Origin: Candidatus Hodarchaeum mangrovi
Lineage (GTDB): Archaea; Asgardarchaeota; Heimdallarchaeia; Hodarchaeales; Hodarchaeaceae
Direction: 5' to 3'
Length of the DNA: 64,000 nt
NCBI GenBank assembly: GCA_016839515.1
Contig: JAEOUE010000108.1
Location: 2,004 to 66,003 of the forward strand
The notes below the pieces were generated by a model. The model searched no databases, was not told the origin of the DNA, and was given only the letters and a program-made list of their open reading frames with translations. Below are positions 38,342 to 48,244 of the stretch, one piece after another (position 1 is the stretch's first letter; every line of letters starts with the position of its first letter). The translations under genes and the position numbers were made by a program.

Positions 38342-40003
38342 TTATTTCTTTTCTAAATTCAATACTCCCAAGTTCATAATTCGATTAGGGTCTAAGGTAG
38401 ATTTTAAGTTCTCTAGAATATTTATTCCTTGTTCTCCAATTTCGTTAAACAACCAATTTTTAAAAGATCTACCAATTCCATGATGATGACTCAGGATTCC
38501 ACCATATTCTTGAATTGTATCTAAAATAATTTTCCTTAGAGAGTAAAACTGATTTATTTCTTGATCTTTTTGTTGATTTGCAAATATAGTGAAATAGAGA
38601 TTAGCTCCATTTGCATAAACATGGCTTACATGAGACCATAATATTGGATAATCTGGTTTTAATCGTTTTCTAATTTCGAGATAAAGATTATACACCTTAT
38701 CCCAAGTTGCACAAGTTTCAAATGTGTCTAATAAAACTCCACGATCGATTAAAGGATCACGAAGGAAAGGGGTTTCATAGCGGGTCTTAAACCACGATTT
38801 CGCAGGGCCTTCTCCAAGATAAAAACCTCCATGTTTTCCTATTATATTTTTTGAAATTTGCTTTGTTGAATTTACCAATATGGGATCTCCTTCAAATGTC
38901 ATGATTCCTAAACACCGATTTTCTTCTGAATAACCTCTCAGATTCAGAAATTTAAAGGCTAGTTCCTGAAGAAATGATTCTTTTGGGGGTTCTTTCATTA
39001 GACTAGAAAGAATAATGTTATCAATGGTTTCCTCTGGATCAGAAAGACGCATAATAGCTGGTTTATATCCTCGTTGTAAAATTTCACGATATGCGTTTAA
39101 TCCGTCCTCAAAACTTCGAAAGAAAAAAGTTCCATACTTTATTGATCGTGGCATCTTCCATATACGAAGTGTTGACTCGGTTATTATGCCAAAAGCTCCT
39201 TCTGAACCAACTATAAGTTGATTTATATCAGGACCGGTAGCTCTAGCTGGAGAGGGCTTTATTTGAAGGGTTTTACCAGATCCAGTAACCATTTTTAATC
39301 CGAGAATCATATCTTCTATTTTACCATACAATGTGGAATTCTGTCCTGCACCCCTTGTAGCAATCCATCCACCTAAATTACTATATTCAAATGATTGTGG
39401 AAAATGACCCAACGTAAATCCTTCCTTATTTAATAGTCTTTCTAAGAGAGGCCCTGAAATTCCAGTCTGTGCTGTTACATAGAATGAATTCCGATTTATG
39501 GTAATAATTCGATCCATCTTTGAAATATTAACTGCAATGGTTTTAGGAGAAGGTTCAATTCCAAGTGTTACAGAGGTTCCACCCGCTACAGTATTAATTG
39601 GAATCTGATATTCATTAGCAATGTTTATGATCTTTAAAACGTCTTTGTGATCAGTAGGAAACAATACTAGCTCTACTACTGCAACTGGAAGGCCTAATCT
39701 TACTCTAAGATTTTCTAGGTAAGCTTGCCCAAAAGAATTCTTTAATCGGACCCAAATATCTTTTGAAACACTTTCAATGCCTAGTTCATTAATAAAACGG
39801 TTATAAATTTCTTCAAAAGGTGGAGAAATATGATCAATAGAGTTACTGTCAAATTTTGAACCAAAATCTTTCAGTTCTAAATCTTTACTCAGAAGAAGAC
39901 GTTTAGAAAAATACGATAATACAGCTGGAGTTAATTTAATATGGGGAGAGTCTCTATCTCCCCACTTAGAAATCTTTGATAATTTTTTCATTATTACCCC
40001 CAC
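38342..40003 (-). CDS. Alkyl-dihydroxyacetonephosphate synthase-like FAD-linked oxidase (VAO/PCMH family)
   Basis: GGTSVT FAD domain, GGWIATRGAGQNSTLYGKIED, TGPDINQLIVGSEGAFGIITE, SHVYANGANLYFT and the AGPS-type HHH loop GGILSHHHGIGRS (GlcD/D-LDH types have EHG here). Probable start ATG 39991. Confidence 0.75.
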   Translation of the reverse strand: MGVIMKKLSKISKWGDRDSPHIKLTPAVLSYFSKRLLLSKDLELKDFGSKFDSNSIDHISPPFEEIYNRFINELGIESVSKDIWVRLKNSFGQAYLENLRVRLGLPVAVVELVLFPTDHKDVLKIINIANEYQIPINTVAGGTSVTLGIEPSPKTIAVNISKMDRIITINRNSFYVTAQTGISGPLLERLLNKEGFTLGHFPQSFEYSNLGGWIATRGAGQNSTLYGKIEDMILGLKMVTGSGKTLQIKPSPARATGPDINQLIVGSEGAFGIITESTLRIWKMPRSIKYGTFFFRSFEDGLNAYREILQRGYKPAIMRLSDPEETIDNIILSSLMKEPPKESFLQELAFKFLNLRGYSEENRCLGIMTFEGDPILVNSTKQISKNIIGKHGGFYLGEGPAKSWFKTRYETPFLRDPLIDRGVLLDTFETCATWDKVYNLYLEIRKRLKPDYPILWSHVSHVYANGANLYFTIFANQQKDQEINQFYSLRKIILDTIQEYGGILSHHHGIGRSFKNWLFNEIGEQGINILENLKSTLDPNRIMNLGVLNLEKK

Positions 40004-40066
40004 ATGTTGATATGGGAACTGTGAATAACAAGTAAGTATTAAAGTACAAGGATTCTAAATGTTTTT

Positions 40067-40681
40067 TCAACTAGGTGGAGAATTATTTGATTTTTGAGCA
40101 TATGTTAATAAAATGAGTAGTGATTCTCTTGCTGTTAAAGCTCGCCCAGTTTCAGCCTCTATATTGATATTTTCCACAACACGATTATGCTCACCAATTA
40201 TTCTGTGATATGTAAGAGCTGATTTTTGTAGCGATGATTTATTGATCTTATTGCCTTTTCCTATACCTGGACATGTCTTTTCTGCATTTTTTGCCCAAAT
40301 AGATAATATAAAATCTTCTTCTTCAATGAAAGCAAAAGGATAATTTTGACAAGCAAGAGGTCTGCTGGAATAAATTGAACAACTAGGTTTGTGATAAAAT
40401 ATACAAACTTCATTATCTAGTTTTTTCAATCCAGGGAGAATAATCCCATCTGAAGTATTTACAGGGCTTAAAACTAATTGTTTAATAAAATTTGAATTAT
40501 AATTTTGTTTAACCTTATAAAACGTAATTTTTCGTAATAATTGTTCGAAATCACTGTCGAGATAATCAAATAAATTGAAAATATCCAAATAAGTAAGTGT
40601 GACCAAGATTTTGGAGCTTGTGCAACAATGGCCACTTTGTTGACATTTAAATCTTCCATGAATAGTTTCAATAAAATTCAA
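40067..40681 (-). CDS. YkgJ/UPF0153-family CxxCxxCC zinc/iron-chelating-domain protein
   Basis: CQQSGHCCTSS near the N-terminus plus later Cys (CIFYHKPSCSIY, ACQNYP). TTG start overlaps the stop of the upstream small ORF (TTGA). Confidence 0.6.
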   Translation of the reverse strand: MNFIETIHGRFKCQQSGHCCTSSKILVTLTYLDIFNLFDYLDSDFEQLLRKITFYKVKQNYNSNFIKQLVLSPVNTSDGIILPGLKKLDNEVCIFYHKPSCSIYSSRPLACQNYPFAFIEEEDFILSIWAKNAEKTCPGIGKGNKINKSSLQKSALTYHRIIGEHNRVVENINIEAETGRALTARESLLILLTYAQKSNNSPPS

Positions 40682-40857
40682 TAATCTTCTTCCTGGGGGA
40701 CCTTATATTTACAATATTCACATCTGATAATTCGAGACCTTTTTTCTGTTACTGTATCAAGGTATGTTTCCATTACGAATGGTCTTAGGCAATTACCACA
40801 TCTTTCCTTGATTGTTTCAATTTTGATTAATATTCCTGTAGGGATATCGCTATTCAT
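40678..40857 (-). CDS. Small zinc-ribbon protein (59 aa), not in ORF track
   Basis: Own translation MNSDIPTGILIKIETIKERCGNCLRPFVMETYLDTVTEKRSRIIRCEYCKYKVPQEEDY with CxxC...CxxC. ATGA overlap with the KaiC-like gene stop and TTGA overlap with the next gene. Confidence 0.6.
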   Translation of the reverse strand: MNSDIPTGILIKIETIKERCGNCLRPFVMETYLDTVTEKRSRIIRCEYCKYKVPQEEDY

Positions 40858-41585
40858 CTTAGATTACCTCGCCCTATTGTACGTTCTGGAAATATTTTTA
40901 CTCCATCTTTAGTAATTTTAAATTCCTTCCAAGAAAAGTCGTGCTCAAATCCACGCATCTTTTGTACTAAAATCAATCTACGAAATTCTCCTGTTGGAAG
41001 TTCATCGTAACTTAATCGAATTAATCCTTGAGCAGAATATTCTTCAACTCCAGATTCAGAACTTTCAGATGTTAGCATTGTAGTGCAGCCTTGTTCTCCT
41101 AAAATTGCCCCCATAGTTAGAATTTCTTTGCGAACCTGCACTGGATCTTTAACTATTGTTGAGAGGGTCGATAATGAATCAATACACACTCGTGTTGCAC
41201 CAGTTTCTTCTAATATTTCATTTAAAACCATTAACAAACTATCTAAATTTGCCCTTATTGTGAATTTTTCATTAGTAGTTAAACCTACACGAGCAGAAAA
41301 TCCATCTACAAGAGTTAATAGCGGTGGATCAAATTCCTTTTCAAGCTGTTCAATATTCCACCCAAATGATTTCATGTCTGTTCGAATATGTCTTGGGAGA
41401 TCATCAAAGCTTACAAAAATACCCGGGTCATTAAAATTTAAAGCTCCATTAATGAGAAATTGCAGTCCAAAAACAGTTTTTCCACTTCCAGGAGGTCCTG
41501 TAACGAGTATTTGTCTTCCTTTAGGAAATCCTCCACCTTCAAATAGTGAATCTAATCCTGGAATCCCTGACCGAATAGTATTCAT
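40854..41585 (-). CDS. KaiC/RecA-superfamily single-domain ATPase
   Basis: GIPGLDSLFEGGGFPKGRQILVTGPPGSGKTVFGLQF (Walker A), RVCIDSLS (Walker B-like). Confidence 0.8.
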   Translation of the reverse strand: MNTIRSGIPGLDSLFEGGGFPKGRQILVTGPPGSGKTVFGLQFLINGALNFNDPGIFVSFDDLPRHIRTDMKSFGWNIEQLEKEFDPPLLTLVDGFSARVGLTTNEKFTIRANLDSLLMVLNEILEETGATRVCIDSLSTLSTIVKDPVQVRKEILTMGAILGEQGCTTMLTSESSESGVEEYSAQGLIRLSYDELPTGEFRRLILVQKMRGFEHDFSWKEFKITKDGVKIFPERTIGRGNLR

Positions 41586-41957
41586 TATTAATCAAGAAGC
41601 ATTCTATAATATGTGGTTTAAATCTTTCCTCACCATGATAAATATAAAAGAATATTTCAGAATTAAGTAGTTATTAAGCAATTACGCAAGTACAATTTGT
41701 GTGATTATGACATTTAGTAAATAGAATTTGTATTTAGAAGCATTATCTATCTCTAGTTTCTAATACTATTAATTTTTTTTAGATGAAATCCTTTACTCTC
41801 AAATTATGGATTATTGAATAGATCAAAGATTTTTAGGCAGAATCATTGCTACAATTATTTATCAACTAGAAGGTTGAAAGATTTAAAAAATTATTCAAAA
41901 AACCTTACAATAGGAATCTTTTGCCTTTTAACTGAAAAAATATAAGGTAGATACACA

Positions 41958-42173
41958 ATGGGAAAAGTAAGAACTGCTTCTGTTAAAATAATTTCCCGAG
42001 AAATTATTAAGGAGTATGGTGCAAAATTATCACCAGATTCTTTCGAGCATAATAAAGATATTGTCTCTAAAGTTGCTATAATCCATTCAAAATCCTTTAG
42101 GAATAGAATAGCAGGCTATGTCACTCATCAATTGAAATTAAAGAAGATAAGGGAAGAAGGGCTAGAAATCTAA
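41958..42173 (+). CDS. rps17e: Ribosomal protein S17e
   Basis: MGKVRTASVKIISREIIKEY...SKSFRNRIAGYVTHQLK matches the S17e signature. Confidence 0.9.
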   Translation: MGKVRTASVKIISREIIKEYGAKLSPDSFEHNKDIVSKVAIIHSKSFRNRIAGYVTHQLKLKKIREEGLEI

Positions 42174-42252
42174 ATCCTAATAAGTATTAGGATGTTAAAT
42201 ATTCGCTTCATTCAATCAGAAGCGATTTCTTATACGAAATTTTATTTCTACT

Positions 42253-42552
42253 TTATGGGGAATATATTAATTCCTGTTCATCATCGAATGAATTACATGT
42301 TAGTAATAATTTGATAATTGTTTTCATCTGCGGTTTTTTAATAACCCAATTGATTATTATCTGGTTCTTATTTATCTCTGAAATCTCAATCATATCAGAT
42401 TGAGGTGGAATAAAGATTACAGGAGGATTTGCTTGAAGTTTTATTTTGATATCAAAAAGGGGAGGACTATTAGATGGTTGTCCAAGATCCCATGATATCA
42501 ACAGTCTATCATCGAAGAACTGAAAAATTCTCGGAGACTGAAGAAAAGACAA
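42253..42552 (-). CDS. Beta-rich 99-aa protein of unknown function, co-transcribed with the EAP30-like gene
   Basis: TTG start 6 nt after GAGGT lying inside the end of the upstream gene. About seven predicted beta-strands and proline-rich loops (SPPLF, NPPVIFIPPQ). Confidence 0.55.
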   Translation of the reverse strand: MSFLQSPRIFQFFDDRLLISWDLGQPSNSPPLFDIKIKLQANPPVIFIPPQSDMIEISEINKNQIIINWVIKKPQMKTIIKLLLTCNSFDDEQELIYSP

Positions 42553-42554
42553 TA

Positions 42555-43232
42555 TTAGACCTCTTTAAAATAGTCTGGTAGGTATAATTTTTTCTCTTTA
42601 TGATCAATAATACATAAATTATATGATTCTAAAATTTTGAGTAAGTTGTGGATCTTATCCCTTGACCAAATAGTGCTAGAATAAATTTTTTCAAAGGAAA
42701 CCTCACCATTGGGAGATATATGAACTGAAATAATCTTTAAAAATTCTTGAATATCTTCTGAAAGGGTTAAAGGTTCAAATAAAAGGCCATTTGGAGTTTT
42801 TATAACGATTTTTTCGTCGACCAGTAGTTTTAAAGATTTTTCTATGTCTTGAATGTCACAATGCCACCATGGTCTATGTTTATGAAAAGAATGAGCTATT
42901 TCTGAAAGATGAGTAGCTCTTAAATAAACTCGTTGATAGGATAAACCAAAAACAATCAATTCAGAAGCTAGACGAGAGAAAAAGTCTTCTTTTCCTCGGA
43001 ATGTGGGTCTTTTAAATAAAGATGAAGGTAATATTGATTCAGGTAAATTTGAATGTTGTTTTAATGATAAAAGATAATTAGAAAAATCCTCTGGGAGAAA
43101 GCGAGGGCTTGATATTTTTTCAACTCCTTTCGCTAAGGTTGATTTAGCTTCTTGATTTACTTCATCCTCTATTCGTTTAAGCTTCTTTCCTAATTCTTTG
43201 AAATGGTTTTCTCTATCTTTATTGTTTGGGAT
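42555..43232 (-). CDS. Tandem winged-helix protein, EAP30/Vps22(SNF8)-like (ESCRT-II family candidate); 5' end without canonical start codon
   Basis: The ORF track begins at internal TTG 42959, but the frame is open to 43235. The extended product has an N-terminal helix plus two wH units that align block-wise (from memory) with SNF8. GGAGG sits 8 nt before ATC 43232. Confidence 0.45.
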   Translation of the reverse strand: MPNNKDRENHFKELGKKLKRIEDEVNQEAKSTLAKGVEKISSPRFLPEDFSNYLLSLKQHSNLPESILPSSLFKRPTFRGKEDFFSRLASELIVFGLSYQRVYLRATHLSEIAHSFHKHRPWWHCDIQDIEKSLKLLVDEKIVIKTPNGLLFEPLTLSEDIQEFLKIISVHISPNGEVSFEKIYSSTIWSRDKIHNLLKILESYNLCIIDHKEKKLYLPDYFKEV

Positions 43233-43263
43233 GTTTTATTCCTCCATGTGTTACATCTTGAAG

Positions 43264-43275
43264 CTTTATAAAAAA
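43264..43275 (-). promoter_or_regulatory. TATA-box-like element upstream of the EAP30-like gene
   Basis: Minus strand reads TTTTTTATAAAG, 16 nt before ATG 43247 and about 30 nt before ATC 43232. Confidence 0.4.
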
Positions 43276-43389
43276 CTTTTACTTTGAGGAGATTTTATTG
43301 GTATTAATCGGATCTGATCAACAAAAAATTTGGGGATTATAATCAAAATCAATAACAAAAATGAGGATGCTTTTTTAGCGTTTAAAAAT

Positions 43390-43719
43390 TTATTTATTTG
43401 CCATGAGTGCTTCTTTACGTCCTTCCCATGGTTTTTCTAACCAATCGAGAGGAATCGTTTGAGATTTTCCATTTGGTAGGGTACGAAGAATAAGGATTGG
43501 AAGCACATCTCTTCTCAATTCATCTTCTGCAATTAATAATGGATCTCCCTGTTCCTCCTCAATACTTATTGATTTTTCCTCTGTAGCAGAAAGATCACCT
43601 AAGACTGGTGCTCCCATTGAGATCTGAAGTGCTCTTGCGCCTAAAATTCGTGCATATTCGAATCTAGTGAGCATTTTAGGCCCAATATCAATTTTATGAA
43701 TTTCCTTCCGTTTCACCAA
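43390..43719 (-). CDS. rpoK: DNA-directed RNA polymerase subunit K (Rpo6/Rpb6 homologue)
   Basis: [24 protein letters not shown]...[26 protein letters not shown], the Rpb6/RpoK signature, with an acidic insertion. Confidence 0.9.
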   Translation of the reverse strand: MVKRKEIHKIDIGPKMLTRFEYARILGARALQISMGAPVLGDLSATEEKSISIEEEQGDPLLIAEDELRRDVLPILILRTLPNGKSQTIPLDWLEKPWEGRKEALMANK

Positions 43720-43939
43720 ATGTTAACCAGTCCCAAAGATCCATTGAAAAAAAATTAGAATAACAAATGCTCTGCTGAACAGGTTTGGATGAATTTGAAG
43801 GAGATTTATGAGTCTTTTTGCCAGATAATGATAGAAAGCTTATCTCGAATAGAAGATTTTTCTAGAGTAAAATTTGTTTACTTTGCGTATTTGAGAAGGA
43901 AAGCTAAAAAAAAAAATGAAAAGAATAGAGGTTACACCT

Positions 43940-45568
43940 CTAATCCATATCGTCCATACCTTCTCCGCCTGGTCCACCAGGAGGTCCAGCACCTGGTCCA
44001 CCGCCAGCTTTTGCGGCAATGATGTCATCAATTCTTAATATCATCTGAGCATTTTCACTAGCTGCTGTTATGGCATGAGTTTTAACTCGTAAGGGTTCTA
44101 TGACATCGATCATTTCGCGTACTTTACCTTTGAAAACATCGATTCCAGTAGCTGAACTTCCACTTTCATGAGCACTTCGGAGTGCTACAATTATATCGAT
44201 TGGATCCAGACCAGCGTTTTCTGCTAAAGTTCTTGGAATAACTTCTAAAGCTTTTGCAAAAGCTTGGACAGCTAATTGTTCGCGACCAACAAGAGACTCA
44301 GAAAATTTCATCAGCTTTCGACTGACATACGCTTCAGGAGCGCCACCACCTGGTACAACTTTTTTATCCTCTAGAACGTTTCGAACAACGCAAATTGCAT
44401 CATGTATTGACCGTTCTGCTTCATCAACAACTAATTCAGTTCCACCCCGAATTAATATAGTTACTGATTTAGCTAAAGGACAATCTTCCACAAAAACCAT
44501 GTCATCATCACCAACAGAAGTCTCATATACTTTTCCTGCGGTTCCTAAATCATCTGATGAAAGGTCTTGTATGTTATCAACTATTTTTGCACCAGTTGCT
44601 TTAGCCAATTTTTCCATATCTGATTTTTTGACACGGCGTATACCCATTATGCCCTTCTTTGCTAGTAAATGTTGAGCAATATCTTCAATCCCTTTTTGGG
44701 CAATTACAACATTAGCACCTGATTCGATTACTTTATCTACCATTTTTTTGATCATATCTGATTCACGATCGAGAAATTCTTGGATTTTTGATGGATCAGT
44801 GATACTGAGTTCAGAATCGAATTCTGTTTTTGAAATTTCGAAAGCTTCAGCGATAAGGGCAATTTTTGGATCCTTTAGCTTTTTAGGCATTCCTGGATGA
44901 ACAACTTCTTTATCTAAGACAATTCCCCTTACCATTCTTGTTGATGTTATATCTTCGCCCTCTTTTTTCTCAACCTTAATATCTTCAATGTCAATTTTTC
45001 TTTTACCGCTATCAATACTTTTAACAGCGTCGATTACGATCTTTGATAGATGATCACTGTGAGAAGCTACAATTTTGGATCCCATTGACGTCTGTACTAC
45101 CATTTTGAGGAGTTTTTCATCATCAACAGCTACTTCATGAGCTATCTCATTTAAATATTCTAATGCTTTTTCAGTAGCAACACGGTACCCTTCAACTATT
45201 AGAGTAGGATGGATTTTGTCACTACTAATCAATTCAGCTGCTTGTTGTAAAAATTCACCTGCAAGAATGACGACAGTGGTTGTTCCATCACCAACTTCCT
45301 GATCTTGAATTTTACTTAATTCAACCATCATTTTTCCAATTGGATGTTGAATGTCAATTTCTTTAAGAATAGTGGCACCATCATTTGTTATAACCACATC
45401 ACCAAAGTTATCAACGAGCATTTTATCCATGCCTTTTGGTCCTAAAGCTGATCGAATAGCTTCAGAAATAACTCTAGCTGCAGCAATATTACTACTTGTT
45501 GCATCTTTACCAGTTGTACGTTGAGTATCTTCTTTTAATATAAAAATTGGGGTTCCTTGTAATGTCAT
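43940..45568 (-). CDS. ths: Thermosome (group II chaperonin) subunit
   Basis: [59 protein letters not shown] box. 12-nt gap to the upstream paralogue. Confidence 0.95.
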   Translation of the reverse strand: MTLQGTPIFILKEDTQRTTGKDATSSNIAAARVISEAIRSALGPKGMDKMLVDNFGDVVITNDGATILKEIDIQHPIGKMMVELSKIQDQEVGDGTTTVVILAGEFLQQAAELISSDKIHPTLIVEGYRVATEKALEYLNEIAHEVAVDDEKLLKMVVQTSMGSKIVASHSDHLSKIVIDAVKSIDSGKRKIDIEDIKVEKKEGEDITSTRMVRGIVLDKEVVHPGMPKKLKDPKIALIAEAFEISKTEFDSELSITDPSKIQEFLDRESDMIKKMVDKVIESGANVVIAQKGIEDIAQHLLAKKGIMGIRRVKKSDMEKLAKATGAKIVDNIQDLSSDDLGTAGKVYETSVGDDDMVFVEDCPLAKSVTILIRGGTELVVDEAERSIHDAICVVRNVLEDKKVVPGGGAPEAYVSRKLMKFSESLVGREQLAVQAFAKALEVIPRTLAENAGLDPIDIIVALRSAHESGSSATGIDVFKGKVREMIDVIEPLRVKTHAITAASENAQMILRIDDIIAAKAGGGPGAGPPGGPGGEGMDDMD

Positions 45569-45580
45569 TTTTATCTCCTC

Positions 45581-47242
<1,662 letters not shown>

Positions 47243-47306
47243 CTTGTTTTTTCTTTATATACGATATTTATTCCACAATGATAAAAAATGGGTTTTTTTA
47301 GGTGTA

Positions 47307-47348
47307 AGATCACCAAGTAGATATTTTTATTGATATTCGGGGTGATCT
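47307..47348. promoter_or_regulatory. 8-bp perfect inverted repeat AGATCACC-N26-GGTGATCT upstream of the thermosome operon
   Basis: 47307-47314 and 47341-47348, 65-105 nt upstream of the thermosome ATG (47242). Confidence 0.3.
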
Positions 47349-47607
47349 AATAGCATGAAAACTTATTTTGAAAGTATTTCTTAAATATGTTGATTGCTTC
47401 CGGACAATCTCCTTGAAATATATTTCATAAAAGAAAACGAATTACTAAATATTAATAGCTATTAATTCGGGAAATACCTCCAAATCCCATTTATTATGAT
47501 TTTTTGCCTTAAAAATTAAAAATATAGTTCTAATTACTTTTACATAGTTAACATTAAAAAATTAGGGTGATAGGTGGTCAAAAAGATTTTTATTTAAAAG
47601 TAAAAAT

Positions 47608-47616
47608 AAAAAAAAA
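47608..47616 (-). terminator. Oligo-T (T9 on minus strand) downstream of the histone gene
   Basis: A9 on the plus strand about 20 nt past the histone stop codon. Confidence 0.45.
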
Positions 47617-47636
47617 GGAAAATGATGAGCCTACAG

Positions 47637-47846
47637 CTATTTAGAAGCTGCTAGCTTAACATCAGATTCTTTGACAGTTTTTCGACCAGAGTGACGGGCA
47701 ATTTCAACCGCATATTTTGCGATACCCATGCCATAGTCACTAACGACTTCATTTAATCTGTCAATTGCACCAGCGGAAACTCTACGAGCACCCGCATCAC
47801 GAATTATTTTTTCAATTCTTGCAGAAGCAAATGCCATTTTTTTCAC
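47637..47846 (-). CDS. Archaeal histone (HMf family, single histone fold)
   Basis: MAFASARIEKIIRDAGARRVSAGAIDRLNEVVSDYGMGIAKYAVEIARHSGRKTVKESDVKLA. The real start is probably ATG 47837, because GGTGA (including the GTG at 47846) sits 5 nt upstream. Confidence 0.85.
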   Translation of the reverse strand: MKKMAFASARIEKIIRDAGARRVSAGAIDRLNEVVSDYGMGIAKYAVEIARHSGRKTVKESDVKLAASK

Positions 47847-47946
47847 CTTTTCTCCGTATAAGTGATTGTTCTGGATTTCGACATCTAACAGAACAAATGT
47901 CCCGAAAAATCTAATACTTATAAACTTTTTCTTTCTTCTTCAAAGT

Positions 47947-47956
47947 ATTGACCAAT
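47947..47956. promoter_or_regulatory. ATTGACCAAT motif copy 1
   Basis: Near-palindromic ATTG-NN-CAAT, about 110 nt upstream of the histone start. Confidence 0.3.
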
Positions 47957-48186
47957 TTATTCTGAAGTGCCTCTCTACTAGTATGTGGTAAGATCAAAAA
48001 ATCAATGAAGTGAGTGTCTGTTCGCTTCCAAAACTTACCTTTGTTAGTTTGTTTCTTTTTCCTTTAAAATTTTTAATTTGTCATTTGCCGTTATTATTTT
48101 AAAAACAAAAGTCTCTTCACAATAGATTTTACTAGAAAAAATTCTAGCTTATACTTTGTGAGCTATTTTTAACATTGAAATAATAC

Positions 48187-48196
48187 ATTGTCCAAT
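48187..48196. promoter_or_regulatory. ATTGTCCAAT motif copy 2
   Basis: ATTGTCCAATACTGGTTGG. Shares 15 of 19 positions with copy 3. Confidence 0.3.
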
Positions 48197-48244
48197 ACTG
48201 GTTGGTAAGTATTTGCTTCAGCTTTTCGTGTTGAAATCTAAGAG

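Noticed and set aside
41083-41670. 195-aa ORF on the plus strand
   Set aside because: It lies antisense to the KaiC-like ATPase gene, which has clear Walker motifs. Its S/P/R-rich low-complexity translation is typical of the reverse frame of a real gene.
43789-44031. ORFs 43789-44022 (+) and 43840-44031 (-)
   Set aside because: They span the rpoK promoter region and the 3' end of the thermosome gene. No RBS is present, the products are low-complexity, and they overlap each other and a confident gene.
47622-47680. C/D-box sRNA suggested by ATGATGA at 47624-47630
   Set aside because: No D box (CTGA) or C'/D' boxes occur at appropriate spacing, and no terminal stem is present. The segment overlaps the 3' end of the histone gene on the other strand.
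47844-47846. GTG 47846 as the histone start codon (ORF-track start)
   Set aside because: This GTG is part of a GGTGA box placed 5 nt before ATG 47837. The ATG start gives a 66-aa product of canonical archaeal histone length.
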